A stretch of DNA of 64,000 nt from the IMG/VR virus record IMGVR_UViG_3300037515_000879, positions 18,258-82,257 of that record. One strand, given 5' to 3'. The stretch's first letter is position 1. Each line of letters starts with the position of its first letter. This document shows, piece by piece, positions 18,190-27,058 of the stretch. Below the pieces are notes generated by a model that had not been told where the DNA came from, did no database searches, and worked only from the letters and a program-made list of their open reading frames with translations. The translations under genes were made by a program, and so were the position numbers. This DNA is from a virus (Duplodnaviria > Caudoviricetes).

Positions 18190-18885
18190 ATGAGCGCGAC
18201 AAAAAGAAAAGACTACGTGGGAACCATCGGTGCATTAAAAATATTGCTTACCGCAATAGTTGCTGGTGAAACCGTAACAATCAATGGCCTTGTATATACA
18301 GCCGTGAATGGAGCAAAAGCCAACAATACTGAATTCAGTGCAGATACATCTGATACTGCTGCTGCAACAGACCTTGCGGATTCTATTAACAATGATGTTC
18401 GTTCTGGAACATATGAAGCAACCTTGGTTGCAACATCTAGTGGAACTCAAGTAACTGTAACGGCGACAAGCACCAATATCAATTTGCTTACTGCAGAAAG
18501 TAATGATCAAGCAATTATAACTGTTGCAGAGAGTTTCACATTGCTTTCATTGGCATCAAATTCCGGAAATAATAATCCTACATTGAAACAGGTGAATTTT
18601 ATGAATACACCATTTTCTGTGCAGAGTTCCGGAGCCGATAAAGAAGTGTGGAAATCAACAACAGCAAGATTGCTTCAGATAGACACCGAGACCAAATTCA
18701 ATGCACTTGCCGTAAGGGATAGAGTATTGAACGGAAGCCGTGAAGGATGGATATCAGCACACGTAGCTAGTACAAGCCTTGAATTTACTTATCTTGATAT
18801 AACAAAAACTGAAATTTCAAAAACCTTGACAATGGCAGAAGTCTTTGCCAGTGGTGATTTGTTCTTTTTGAACGAGGATTTTTAA
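18190..18885 (+). CDS. Stand-alone Thr/Ala-rich beta protein, possible virion accessory
   Basis: GETVTINGLVYTA...DTAAATDLADSIN; flanked by a promoter (18144) and a terminator (18908-18935). Confidence 0.6.
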   Translation: MSATKRKDYVGTIGALKILLTAIVAGETVTINGLVYTAVNGAKANNTEFSADTSDTAAATDLADSINNDVRSGTYEATLVATSSGTQVTVTATSTNINLLTAESNDQAIITVAESFTLLSLASNSGNNNPTLKQVNFMNTPFSVQSSGADKEVWKSTTARLLQIDTETKFNALAVRDRVLNGSREGWISAHVASTSLEFTYLDITKTEISKTLTMAEVFASGDLFFLNEDF

Positions 18886-18946
18886 GTTTAATTGTTTTAA
18901 TTGATTTAAAGCCATGCAATTGCGTGGCTTTTTTTATTATATTGTA

Positions 18947-19189
18947 ATGAAAGAAACAGATATTCGAAAAAAAACCAAGAAACAATATATTTTATCTTCT
19001 AAAGAAAAAAAAGACATTTATACAATGCTTTTTGGTCCTTATGAAGACGAATGGTATGATGAAAACGGTATTGTTGACAATACCGATGTAACAATAGCAA
19101 GAAGGCTTAATATATCAAGGGTATCTGTTGCTGCTTATACAAACAGATTGTGTCATATGCATTTTAATAAAATCAATAGTAATGGATAA
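18947..19189 (+). CDS. Small HTH protein
   Basis: DVTIARRLNISRVSVAAY; start placed after the terminator. Confidence 0.6.
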   Translation: MKETDIRKKTKKQYILSSKEKKDIYTMLFGPYEDEWYDENGIVDNTDVTIARRLNISRVSVAAYTNRLCHMHFNKINSNG

Positions 19190-19385
19190 AAATAAAAATT
19201 TGAAAATATATTATACCTATGGCCATTATTTGGAATATGAGGAATGGTCTGAAATGTTTGCAGATGAAATAGATATGGAGCTTATAAATATTGGAGCTAA
19301 CAATGAATTGGATTTTAATCCAGAAAGGGAGTATGAAAAAAGATACCAAATATATTTAGAGGTATATTATAATTCTCGTGTTTAA
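19182..19385 (+). CDS. Hypothetical acidic protein
   Basis: Start MDKNK overlaps the upstream stop. Confidence 0.6.
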   Translation: MDKNKNLKIYYTYGHYLEYEEWSEMFADEIDMELINIGANNELDFNPEREYEKRYQIYLEVYYNSRV

Positions 19386-19395
19386 ATTAAAAATT

Positions 19396-19908
19396 ATGAA
19401 ACAATTATTAGTTATCCCTCTAATGCTAATAGGATTATTGGGAACATCACAAAATGGATTCCGTATTCCGGATGATGAACATGCCATCTTTAGTGTATAT
19501 GCAGATTATGCTGACAGTAAAGTCAATGGATATGGCCCCAATATAGGGGCTGAATTTGGTTATTCTGGATTTGTGGAAGCCAAGGTTGGATTTGAAACGT
19601 TTCCACAATTGTATGGTGGCTATATAGATGTACATGGTGCAATAGGATTTAAAATGGTACACGGCCTTTGGGAACAATGGAATTATTATGCTGGTATTCG
19701 TGCCATAGTGGTATGGCGCGGTGGAGAAGGCGCGTGGAGAGCCCAGCCAGGCATTGAAGGACAAATAACGTATGACCTCAATGACTGGTTTGGGATTGGA
19801 CTTCGTGGAACCTATGATAAACGCTATGATATGGAAATATTTGATTGGCCTGTAAAAAATGTGGCCAGTGCATATTTGATAATAATATTTAAGCTTAAAA
19901 GACAATAA
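19396..19908 (+). CDS. Secreted outer-membrane beta-barrel-like protein
   Basis: Signal peptide MKQLLVIPLMLIGLLGTSQ followed by alternating amphipathic Gly/aromatic strands (YYAGIRAI, QITYDL, GIGLRGTYD). Confidence 0.65.
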   Translation: MKQLLVIPLMLIGLLGTSQNGFRIPDDEHAIFSVYADYADSKVNGYGPNIGAEFGYSGFVEAKVGFETFPQLYGGYIDVHGAIGFKMVHGLWEQWNYYAGIRAIVVWRGGEGAWRAQPGIEGQITYDLNDWFGIGLRGTYDKRYDMEIFDWPVKNVASAYLIIIFKLKRQ

Positions 19909-19910
19909 AG

Positions 19911-20186
19911 ATGGAAGAAGAATTTGAAATGCCTACACCCTGTCAAAAATGCGGTGAAATATTTGACCTGAATGATGGCACAGGTTCAGTTAAATGGTTT
20001 CCAAACACTGTAATTTGTCAAAAATGCGGTGATGAGGAAGAAAAAGAAATTGAACGAGATGAGGAAATTGAGGACTTAAAAAGCCAAATTGATGATGCAA
20101 ATTACACCATCAAAGAAGCTCGTTCAAGATTAATGGAATTAGGCGTAGATGTTCCTTCTTTAAGAGTTCATACACCTGATTATTAA
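19911..20186 (+). CDS. Zn-finger plus coiled-coil protein
   Basis: CQKCG...CQKCG. Confidence 0.7.
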   Translation: MEEEFEMPTPCQKCGEIFDLNDGTGSVKWFPNTVICQKCGDEEEKEIERDEEIEDLKSQIDDANYTIKEARSRLMELGVDVPSLRVHTPDY

Positions 20187-20356
20187 AGGTGCGGTGGCAG
20201 GGATAAATTATTTCTGCTAACGTTAAAATATATGATTAGTAGTCGTAAATAAGCGACTAAATATCGAATTAAAACTAAGTTATTAAACACTTAATAGCCT
20301 TTAAAATAAGCACGACACAGGCTATTAATTATATATAGTGTTGTGAAACGTTTTTT

Positions 20357-20644
20357 ATGAGAACTTACAAAAATGAATTAGAAGTAATTGCAAACGATTT
20401 ACTTACTCAAAATGCAGAAGCAAAAGGTAATGAAAACAAGCCGAATTATACTAACAGAGAATTTATGAATGCTGTTATTATTTTCCAAACTGCATTAATG
20501 GATAAAATGTATGATAACCAAGACTATGACAAAATGGATGTTGAAAATCGTTTTAAAATGGCTGAGAGTTGCGGATTAGATTTACGCAAATTAATACACA
20601 CTTACACAGGTTTAGATACTCATAAATTCGAGGACTTTCTGTAA
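20357..20644 (+). CDS. Cassette 1 hypothetical protein (95 aa)
   Basis: Fills the cassette; stop lies inside the terminal repeat. Confidence 0.8.
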   Translation: MRTYKNELEVIANDLLTQNAEAKGNENKPNYTNREFMNAVIIFQTALMDKMYDNQDYDKMDVENRFKMAESCGLDLRKLIHTYTGLDTHKFEDFL

Positions 20645-20764
20645 ATGTTGCACAACGTAAAGTATAAGGTGAGAAGCCACACCTGAAATTTGGCTATTAA
20701 ACACAAACCTTAGATGGCTTTTCACTTTATACAGTGTTACCCATCTTTTAAAAATGGCGGACAA

Positions 20765-21064
20765 ATGAAAGCTAAATATGAACAAATTGATGGAGTTGGT
20801 TATCTCACTTTTAAAGTAACCGAAGAAATGGGATTGATGAAATTGCCTGTAATTACTAAAAGAATAAGGCAAGGAACAAATGCTTGGACTTGGAATGGTG
20901 ATTTGGATAAGCCAACATTAAGACCAAGCGTAAGAACTGGTTATTACAACGGCAAAGAAATGACGGAAATACATTATTGGCTTAATGACGGAATAGCTGA
21001 TTGCTTGGGCGACTGCAAAGACGGAAATGCTGGTAAGAAACTACCTTTATTAGAACTCGAATAG
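20765..21064 (+). CDS. Cassette 2 protein, DUF6527-like
   Basis: WTWNGDLDKPTLRPSV...H..L.DG....LGDC; start at MKAKY. Confidence 0.65.
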   Translation: MKAKYEQIDGVGYLTFKVTEEMGLMKLPVITKRIRQGTNAWTWNGDLDKPTLRPSVRTGYYNGKEMTEIHYWLNDGIADCLGDCKDGNAGKKLPLLELE

Positions 21065-21136
21065 TAGCCATTTTTTATTGTGGGTAACGTTTACGGGTAT
21101 GTTGTCGGTTTTTTACGGAATAAATAAAATATAATT

Positions 21137-21451
21137 ATGAAAACAACAAGTGAAGTATTTAAAGAAGTGCTGATAGAATTAGGTTTTGCAGGATATAAAC
21201 CAAGCCAAATGACTAACAGCGATTATTGGTTATGCACTACAACTGCTATGGAACGGTATGCTAAATTAGTAAAAAACTGCAATATACCCGATGTTAGCAA
21301 ATCGTTGCCGATTAAGAAATACGAAATTGATTTTGACGGCAATGTATTGGCAGGGATAGAAATATCTGAAAACACACCGAAAGTATTTGGGGCAATGAAT
21401 GGTTACGGCAATGGTATTAGTATCGAAAATATCAAAATTACCGAGAAGTAA
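21137..21451 (+). CDS. Fusion ORF spanning the attC-like site 3 loop and cassette 3
   Basis: ATG lies in the hairpin loop and the frame reads through GTT (NIPD-V-SKSL). Confidence 0.7.
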   Translation: MKTTSEVFKEVLIELGFAGYKPSQMTNSDYWLCTTTAMERYAKLVKNCNIPDVSKSLPIKKYEIDFDGNVLAGIEISENTPKVFGAMNGYGNGISIENIKITEK

Positions 21452-21515
21452 GGCAATGTTTGGTAACAAGTGGATATATATACCATTACACTATATTAAC
21501 AAATAAATTGAAATT

Positions 21516-21944
21516 ATGATTTGGATATGTAAATGGTTCAAAAAAAGAACTAAAAAAAAAATTATGGTTGTTGAAACTAATATCGAGGAAATGACAATAT
21601 CGGAGCTTGTTTTCTGTCTTGAAGTTAATTCATATAGAAGAAAGCTTGGTCTAAATGAGCTTGAGCTTAATGGACATTTATTGACTTTAGCCAAACATAG
21701 AATGGCTTATTGGACAACAAACGATATTAAAAAAAATTTGCATTTTGAATTTTTTGGAGACAGAAAACCATATCTTGAAAACGGATTCAAATTGGTTTTG
21801 GAGCTTGCCAATTATGGCATTGTCAATGATTTTGAGTCTTTCAAAAAAAGCCCCGAACATAATGAAGGGATATTGATTAAAGAACTCAAATATATTGCAG
21901 TATCGATGAAAGGAAATTGGTGCTGTGTAATCCTTGGTTATTAA
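21516..21944 (+). CDS. CAP/SCP-like domain protein
   Basis: R..LGL..L..N..L...A..H/R...H...KSPEH...IL......IAVS. Confidence 0.6.
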   Translation: MIWICKWFKKRTKKKIMVVETNIEEMTISELVFCLEVNSYRRKLGLNELELNGHLLTLAKHRMAYWTTNDIKKNLHFEFFGDRKPYLENGFKLVLELANYGIVNDFESFKKSPEHNEGILIKELKYIAVSMKGNWCCVILGY

Positions 21945-22082
21945 AAAAACTTATTTTAAGCCCTTTTAACGCGTTTTATTATTTTTAGATACTAGACCAT
22001 CAAAATAAAGAGAAGTCTTTAAAACGCTATATATCTACAATAAGCCAGACCTGTTTTTGTATAATCCTAAAACAGATAAATT

Positions 22083-22321
22083 ATGGAATCAAAAATCGAT
22101 TTAAAAAAAAGTATTGAAAATTATCATTCTGATAGTTTTTATTTGATAAGTCCGGATGGATTTTCAATAGCTCATGAAAAACAAAACAAAGAAAATACAT
22201 AACCATGAATCTTAATGTAATAATACCTGAAAAATGGAACCCTGAATGCAAAAAATCTTTTAATAAATGGATTAACAGGGTACATACCGAGGTTAAAAAA
22301 AAGAAAATTAAAAAATCATGA
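22083..22321 (+). CDS. Two tiny ORFs (22083-22202, 39 aa; 22205-22321, 38 aa)
   Basis: The second ends in an ATGA overlap with radC. Confidence 0.45.
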
Positions 22322-22782
22322 TTGAATATAAAACCGATTTACCACAATTTCATTTGGTAAAAGAAAAATCTGATTTTAAACGTGTAAAAATAACATGTTC
22401 AAGAGATGCTGCAGAATATGCCCATAATTTTTACGGGTTTGATATAGAATTATTTGAAAGCTTTTTTATCATGCTTTTAAACAATTCAAACAATACCATT
22501 GGTTATGTAAAAATATCTCAAGGTGGTATTGTTGGAACTATCGTTGATGTTAGGATTGTTGCAAAATATGCTGTGGAATCTTTGTCAACTGGAATTATTT
22601 TGGTACACAATCATCCAAGTGGAAATTTAAAACCAAGCCAACCAGATATTGACCTTACCAAAAAAATAAAAGAAGGTTTAAAAATACTGGATGTAACTGT
22701 TTTGGATCATATAATAATAATTCCAATTGAAAAAAACGAAAATATAAAATATACCAGTCTTTGTGATGATGGATTAATGTAA
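22318..22782 (+). CDS. radC: RadC-like JAB domain protein
   Basis: ILVHNHPSGNLKPSQPDIDLT...VLDHIII. Confidence 0.93.
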   Translation: MIEYKTDLPQFHLVKEKSDFKRVKITCSRDAAEYAHNFYGFDIELFESFFIMLLNNSNNTIGYVKISQGGIVGTIVDVRIVAKYAVESLSTGIILVHNHPSGNLKPSQPDIDLTKKIKEGLKILDVTVLDHIIIIPIEKNENIKYTSLCDDGLM

Positions 22783-22793
22783 AAATATTTGAT

Positions 22794-23051
22794 ATGATAA
22801 CAAACGCTATTAATACAGTAATAAATTATAATTATTTCTGTATGAATTACAGTCATAAATTTATTCACGAATGTTGGAAAGGGAATGATGTTCTCATACA
22901 ACATCTTGAAATGAAATTCAATGATATTTATTTAAGAAGAGGAACTGCAACAATGCCGTTCTTTTTTGTAGAATTGGACAGGGAAAATCAAAAAAAATTG
23001 ACCAAGTGGATTAATGAAAATCATGTAGCATTTAAAGAACTTGAATTATGA
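22794..23051 (+). CDS. Hypothetical protein (85 aa)
   Basis: Coupled operon ORF. Confidence 0.65.
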   Translation: MITNAINTVINYNYFCMNYSHKFIHECWKGNDVLIQHLEMKFNDIYLRRGTATMPFFFVELDRENQKKLTKWINENHVAFKELEL

Positions 23052-23260
23052 AAAAAACATTTAATTATGTTGAAATAACCCTTGGTATCGTAGAGGCTGA
23101 AGATCTTGAAGATGCTATGGCTGTTGTTGAACATGGGTTTGGACCCAATATTGGACACACTACATATGAAGTGTTTAATCCTGATGATGATCCAAAATTT
23201 TGGGGAAACCTAGAGATTGATACTGTAAAGGAACTTAAATCCAAAATCGAAAAATTATGA
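23048..23260 (+). CDS. Hypothetical protein (70 aa)
   Basis: ATGA overlaps at both ends. Confidence 0.7.
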   Translation: MKKTFNYVEITLGIVEAEDLEDAMAVVEHGFGPNIGHTTYEVFNPDDDPKFWGNLEIDTVKELKSKIEKL

Positions 23261-24141
23261 GTGTTTATGAAATAATAACTGACGAAATAATTAAAAGACT
23301 TGAATCTGGTGTTGTTCCTTGGCAAAAGCCTGTAAGAGGAATGATATTGCCACCAATGAATTTCAAATCAAAAAAACGTTATCGTGGTGTCAATTGCCTT
23401 TTGTTGTCAAATAAAGAATCTATGAGCCCTTATTGGCTTACATATAACCAAGCCAAGGAACTTGATGGTGAAATTACAAAAGGAAGTAAGGGAACCCGTA
23501 TAGTTTTTTCGAAATTGATTGAAAAAGAAAAAAATAATGAAATTGTTAAGGTTCCGATATTTAGATATTCATACGTTTTTAATCTTAATCAAATTAAAAA
23601 CATAGAATGTCCATATAAAAAAGAGTTGGACAGTTTTGGTGATTTTGAATATATTGAAAATTGTCAAAATTTGTTATCAAGATTGGATGAAGAGAAAAAA
23701 ATTCCTAAAATTGAGGAAGTTTATGACAAAAGAATTGCTTGTTATAATGTCAGCAAGGATATTATTTTTACTATTCCTAAAAAACATTATGTTACTTCCG
23801 AAAAATATTATTCGGTAATGTTTCATGAGATTATTCATTCAACAGGACATCTTTCAAGATTAAATAGAATAACCTTGACAGAAAATAAAGACGAAAATTA
23901 TGCCAAAGAAGAATTGGTGGCAGAAATAGGCGCTTCTTTTTTGTGCGGTGTTACCGGTATTATAACTGATACTATTGAAAATAGTTCTGCATATATTGAT
24001 AATTGGTTGAAAAGAATCAGGAATGATAAAACTTTAGTTATAACAGCAGCCAGTAAAGCACAGGAAGCCGTTGATTGGCTTAATGTTTATGATGATTCTA
24101 TTGATAGTGAAATATTAATACAAGGTGAAAGAAATGGATAA
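23257..24141 (+). CDS. ardC: Antirestriction protein ArdC (ssDNA-binding plus zincin-like domain)
   Basis: GVVPWQKP, YRGVN, WLTYNQA, FHEIIHSTGH, YAKEELVAEIGA. Confidence 0.93.
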   Translation: MSVYEIITDEIIKRLESGVVPWQKPVRGMILPPMNFKSKKRYRGVNCLLLSNKESMSPYWLTYNQAKELDGEITKGSKGTRIVFSKLIEKEKNNEIVKVPIFRYSYVFNLNQIKNIECPYKKELDSFGDFEYIENCQNLLSRLDEEKKIPKIEEVYDKRIACYNVSKDIIFTIPKKHYVTSEKYYSVMFHEIIHSTGHLSRLNRITLTENKDENYAKEELVAEIGASFLCGVTGIITDTIENSSAYIDNWLKRIRNDKTLVITAASKAQEAVDWLNVYDDSIDSEILIQGERNG

Positions 24142-24400
24142 AAGAGAGCTTAAATATATTGGAATTGACTTTTGGTCAAAACCGATGTTTAAGGACAATA
24201 AAGGATTTTATTTCTGTTGTCTTAACAAATTGTTCAAAGATGGAGCGTCTTTTGAAGAAGTTACAAAAACGGTTACTGAAAAAGACATTGTTTATCACGG
24301 AACGAATTATGATGATGACTCTATGGGCACTCCCCTTAAACCTGAAAGGATAAAATTTGTTAAGGATTTTACCGAAAACAACGGGTTTAATAAAGAATAA
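24125..24400 (+). CDS. Hypothetical protein (91 aa)
   Basis: Overlapping operon ORF. Confidence 0.7.
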   Translation: MKEMDKRELKYIGIDFWSKPMFKDNKGFYFCCLNKLFKDGASFEEVTKTVTEKDIVYHGTNYDDDSMGTPLKPERIKFVKDFTENNGFNKE

Positions 24401-24414
24401 AGTGGATAGATTTT

Positions 24415-24681
24415 ATGGAATATGAAAAGATAATATTATTTGAATTTGAATGTTCCTGTACAAACATTTCTAAAAAGAAATGGGATATGCTTATGTTTGA
24501 TGCCAAAAAAGCAAATGGCCCAAAAATAAGGAAATTGATCAAAAAACATATCCCCGAACTTTATTATGACCTTGGATTGGAATTTTATAATCCTTATGAA
24601 GAACATTCAAAAAAGACAAAAACACATTTGATTTACCTTCATTCTGGTATAGAATATTTTTTTAGGTATCAAATGGGTTAA
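24415..24681 (+). CDS. Hypothetical protein (88 aa)
   Basis: Clean ORF. Confidence 0.7.
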   Translation: MEYEKIILFEFECSCTNISKKKWDMLMFDAKKANGPKIRKLIKKHIPELYYDLGLEFYNPYEEHSKKTKTHLIYLHSGIEYFFRYQMG

Positions 24682-24953
24682 AATCCTAAATTAGTTCTTG
24701 CAAATGTTTTCCAAGTAGCTATGGTATATGCTGCATTAGTTCCATCCACAACATTAGCACCAATCGGTTGTGATGGCCAATTTTGATGTACTTGTTCTTG
24801 TGGTGCAATGTTCACAATTTTGATTACACTATTTTTTTCGAGTTCTGAAACATCATAATAAACAAGTCTTTTTGGTGTTTCTGCAATTGTTTCAAGTGTA
24901 ACAGTATCATGCATAACAAGTGCTTGGTTTATAAGTTCGATTTTAATGGCCAT
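24678..24953 (-). CDS. Isolated counter-oriented protein (91 aa), possible virion protein
   Basis: Own TAAATTTG promoter at 24976-83. Confidence 0.65.
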   Translation of the reverse strand: MAIKIELINQALVMHDTVTLETIAETPKRLVYYDVSELEKNSVIKIVNIAPQEQVHQNWPSQPIGANVVDGTNAAYTIATWKTFARTNLGF

Positions 24954-25002
24954 GATGTTAAAATTTTGATTTGAACAAATTTAATTAAAAATAATTAATT
25001 CA

Positions 25003-25164
25003 ATGAAAAAGACAATAAAAGTAATGGCATCTATAAAATATCTTAACGGTGGATGTCAAGTGCTTAATCTTAAATTTAAAGACGAAAAAGCCTATAATGA
25101 TTGGTTTGACAAACATAATCGTGACCATCGTAACGGCAAAATAATAGGCGTGATAAAAACTTGA
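25003..25164 (+). CDS. 53-aa hypothetical protein (not in ORF track)
   Basis: MKKTIKVMASIKYLNGG... Confidence 0.5.
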   Translation: MKKTIKVMASIKYLNGGCQVLNLKFKDEKAYNDWFDKHNRDHRNGKIIGVIKT

Positions 25165-25168
25165 TATT

Positions 25169-25483
25169 ATGACAACACATATTCATTGGGAACAAGCAGT
25201 AACGCAGTTCAAACATCAAAAAGAAGAAGATTTGGTGGAAGCCAAACGTATCATTGAGGAAATAGAACGTTCAAATTTTGAGGTTCTGGACTCAAATGAT
25301 GTACACTGGTATGCTTCAACATTGAACGAATTGGTTGAACGTGTAGATGAAAACGGAAAACCAAATCCTTATACAGCAAATGAAATCAGAAGAATAAATA
25401 TGAAGGCCAAAGGCTTGAATTCTTTTGATTTTATGCATACTTTTATCGATGATGAAACAGATGATATTATCGATTTTTATTAA
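25169..25483 (+). CDS. Hypothetical protein (104 aa)
   Basis: Clean ORF. Confidence 0.7.
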   Translation: MTTHIHWEQAVTQFKHQKEEDLVEAKRIIEEIERSNFEVLDSNDVHWYASTLNELVERVDENGKPNPYTANEIRRINMKAKGLNSFDFMHTFIDDETDDIIDFY

Positions 25484-25516
25484 CTTTTAATTTTTTATTA
25501 ACTAAATTTTTTTATT

Positions 25517-27058
25517 ATGACAAAAGTAGATTATCTCGACATGAGGGGCTTTGACCCTGATGATTGGACAGTAATGAAAAAGGAAGAAGCTTCTTTCTTT
25601 CTCGACAAAAAAGGGGCAGTAAACATGATGTATGACATTAAAGAACGAAAAGCCATTGAGGTTTTTGGGGATAATGCATATATCGTGAATATCAAATGGA
25701 CTGAAAAATATAAATCAGAAAGCCCAGGTGTTACTGAAAAACCTTTAACAGTTCCACCAGTACCTCAAGCACCATCCGTACAAACGGTTTCAAAGATTCC
25801 TGAAGTTCCAAAAGTTCCTGAAGTTCCTAAATCTGATCTTCCTAAAAAAAGCGGATTGCTTATTGCTAGAACATCTAAGCTTTTAAAAGAGGGATGGATT
25901 GATTCAGGTATTAGTATGGATCTTATTGGTGAATCCAATGAGGTATTAAAAACATTGTTTTATAAAGACATTGAAGATATGTCCAACGATCAATGGGATG
26001 AATATTTTATTGTTAAACAGGCTTCCGATGATCTGAACGTCAACCTCGAAATGATTGATGAAGCTCAAATCAATCGTGAAGACAAAAGGGATTTGCCTTG
26101 GGAGAATTTCTTGTGTGATAAATATAATAACACAGGAGAGGCTTGTAATGAACAATGTGATTTTTGCAAAAATGCCGAAGCAAAATTTGCAGTTTCCTTG
26201 TGTTCATCAAGTGTTTCATTTTTTGCTAATGAAACACTTGATGAACACAAGGAAACTGCAAAACAGAAGATTGAAAAAATCGTTGAAGCTTCCGGTGTTC
26301 CTAAAGAGAATATCATTATTGCTTCTGTTCCAAAAACAGAAGCTTTTAAGCCACAAAATATAGATAGTGGCAAAATAAAGCTTCGTACTTCACTTTTGTT
26401 GGGTGCTGGAATGGAACTTTCTGACGACAACTCAAATGTTTGGTGTGGTGGTCTTAAGATTGATATCAAAGATTTGGGTGATTTGTCATTTGATGACTTT
26501 TCGAATGTTCTGGAGCATGCAAAAGACTTGGTTTTTAAAGCAAAACAAAGTGAGTCCAAACAAAAAAAGGAATCTTCTAATGTTCCACTTAATGATGATG
26601 GTTCGGTCAATACGTCCGAAATGGAAGAGGCCGATGCCAGAGAAGCTATTATTGAACATCAAAAAACAGTAAGTGGTCCGGACGGAAAAGGAAAAGCCGT
26701 TGGAACCCTGACTGCGAAAAAATCTGCTAATATTGAAGACAAGTCCAATGTTGAAACAATCGAAAAGGAAGAACCTATTAAGGAAGAAGTAGTGGAAGAA
26801 AATAAAACCTCTACTAAAACAAAAAAATTTAAAAAAGAAAAAATAAAAGAGGTTTCAGGTTCTGCCAGTTTACCTATTGTAGTTGCTTCGGAAGAAATGA
26901 CTGAACAATTGATTCTTGTTGATAACATAGTAAAAACGTGTGTTACATTTAAAAACACGGCTTTTGCAATTGTTTCAATAAAAGAAATATTGGAGCTTGA
27001 TGATGTTCCAGAAAGCAAATTGGAAAAAATCAATCTTTTAATTCAAAACCTTAAATAA
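25517..27058 (+). CDS. Acidic low-complexity protein (513 aa)
   Basis: PEVPKVPEVPK repeat, CxxxCxxC patch, Glu/Lys-rich. Confidence 0.75.
   Translation: MTKVDYLDMRGFDPDDWTVMKKEEASFFLDKKGAVNMMYDIKERKAIEVFGDNAYIVNIKWTEKYKSESPGVTEKPLTVPPVPQAPSVQTVSKIPEVPKVPEVPKSDLPKKSGLLIARTSKLLKEGWIDSGISMDLIGESNEVLKTLFYKDIEDMSNDQWDEYFIVKQASDDLNVNLEMIDEAQINREDKRDLPWENFLCDKYNNTGEACNEQCDFCKNAEAKFAVSLCSSSVSFFANETLDEHKETAKQKIEKIVEASGVPKENIIIASVPKTEAFKPQNIDSGKIKLRTSLLLGAGMELSDDNSNVWCGGLKIDIKDLGDLSFDDFSNVLEHAKDLVFKAKQSESKQKKESSNVPLNDDGSVNTSEMEEADAREAIIEHQKTVSGPDGKGKAVGTLTAKKSANIEDKSNVETIEKEEPIKEEVVEENKTSTKTKKFKKEKIKEVSGSASLPIVVASEEMTEQLILVDNIVKTCVTFKNTAFAIVSIKEILELDDVPESKLEKINLLIQNLK

Larger units (their letters stand above)
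20196..21490 (+). mobile_element. Integron-like gene cassette array (three cassettes, three complete attC-like sites, truncated ends, no integrase in window)
   Basis: AAC...GTT-bounded hairpins at 20215-20346, 20650-20742 and 21082-21299; each cassette's 5' GTT end is complementary to its own 3' AAC end over 14-23 nt. Confidence 0.75.

Noticed and set aside
20196-21490. CRISPR array or IS/MITE reading of the repeats
   Set aside because: No identical direct repeats with spacers, no transposase and no target-site duplications; the junction pairing fits cassette logic instead.
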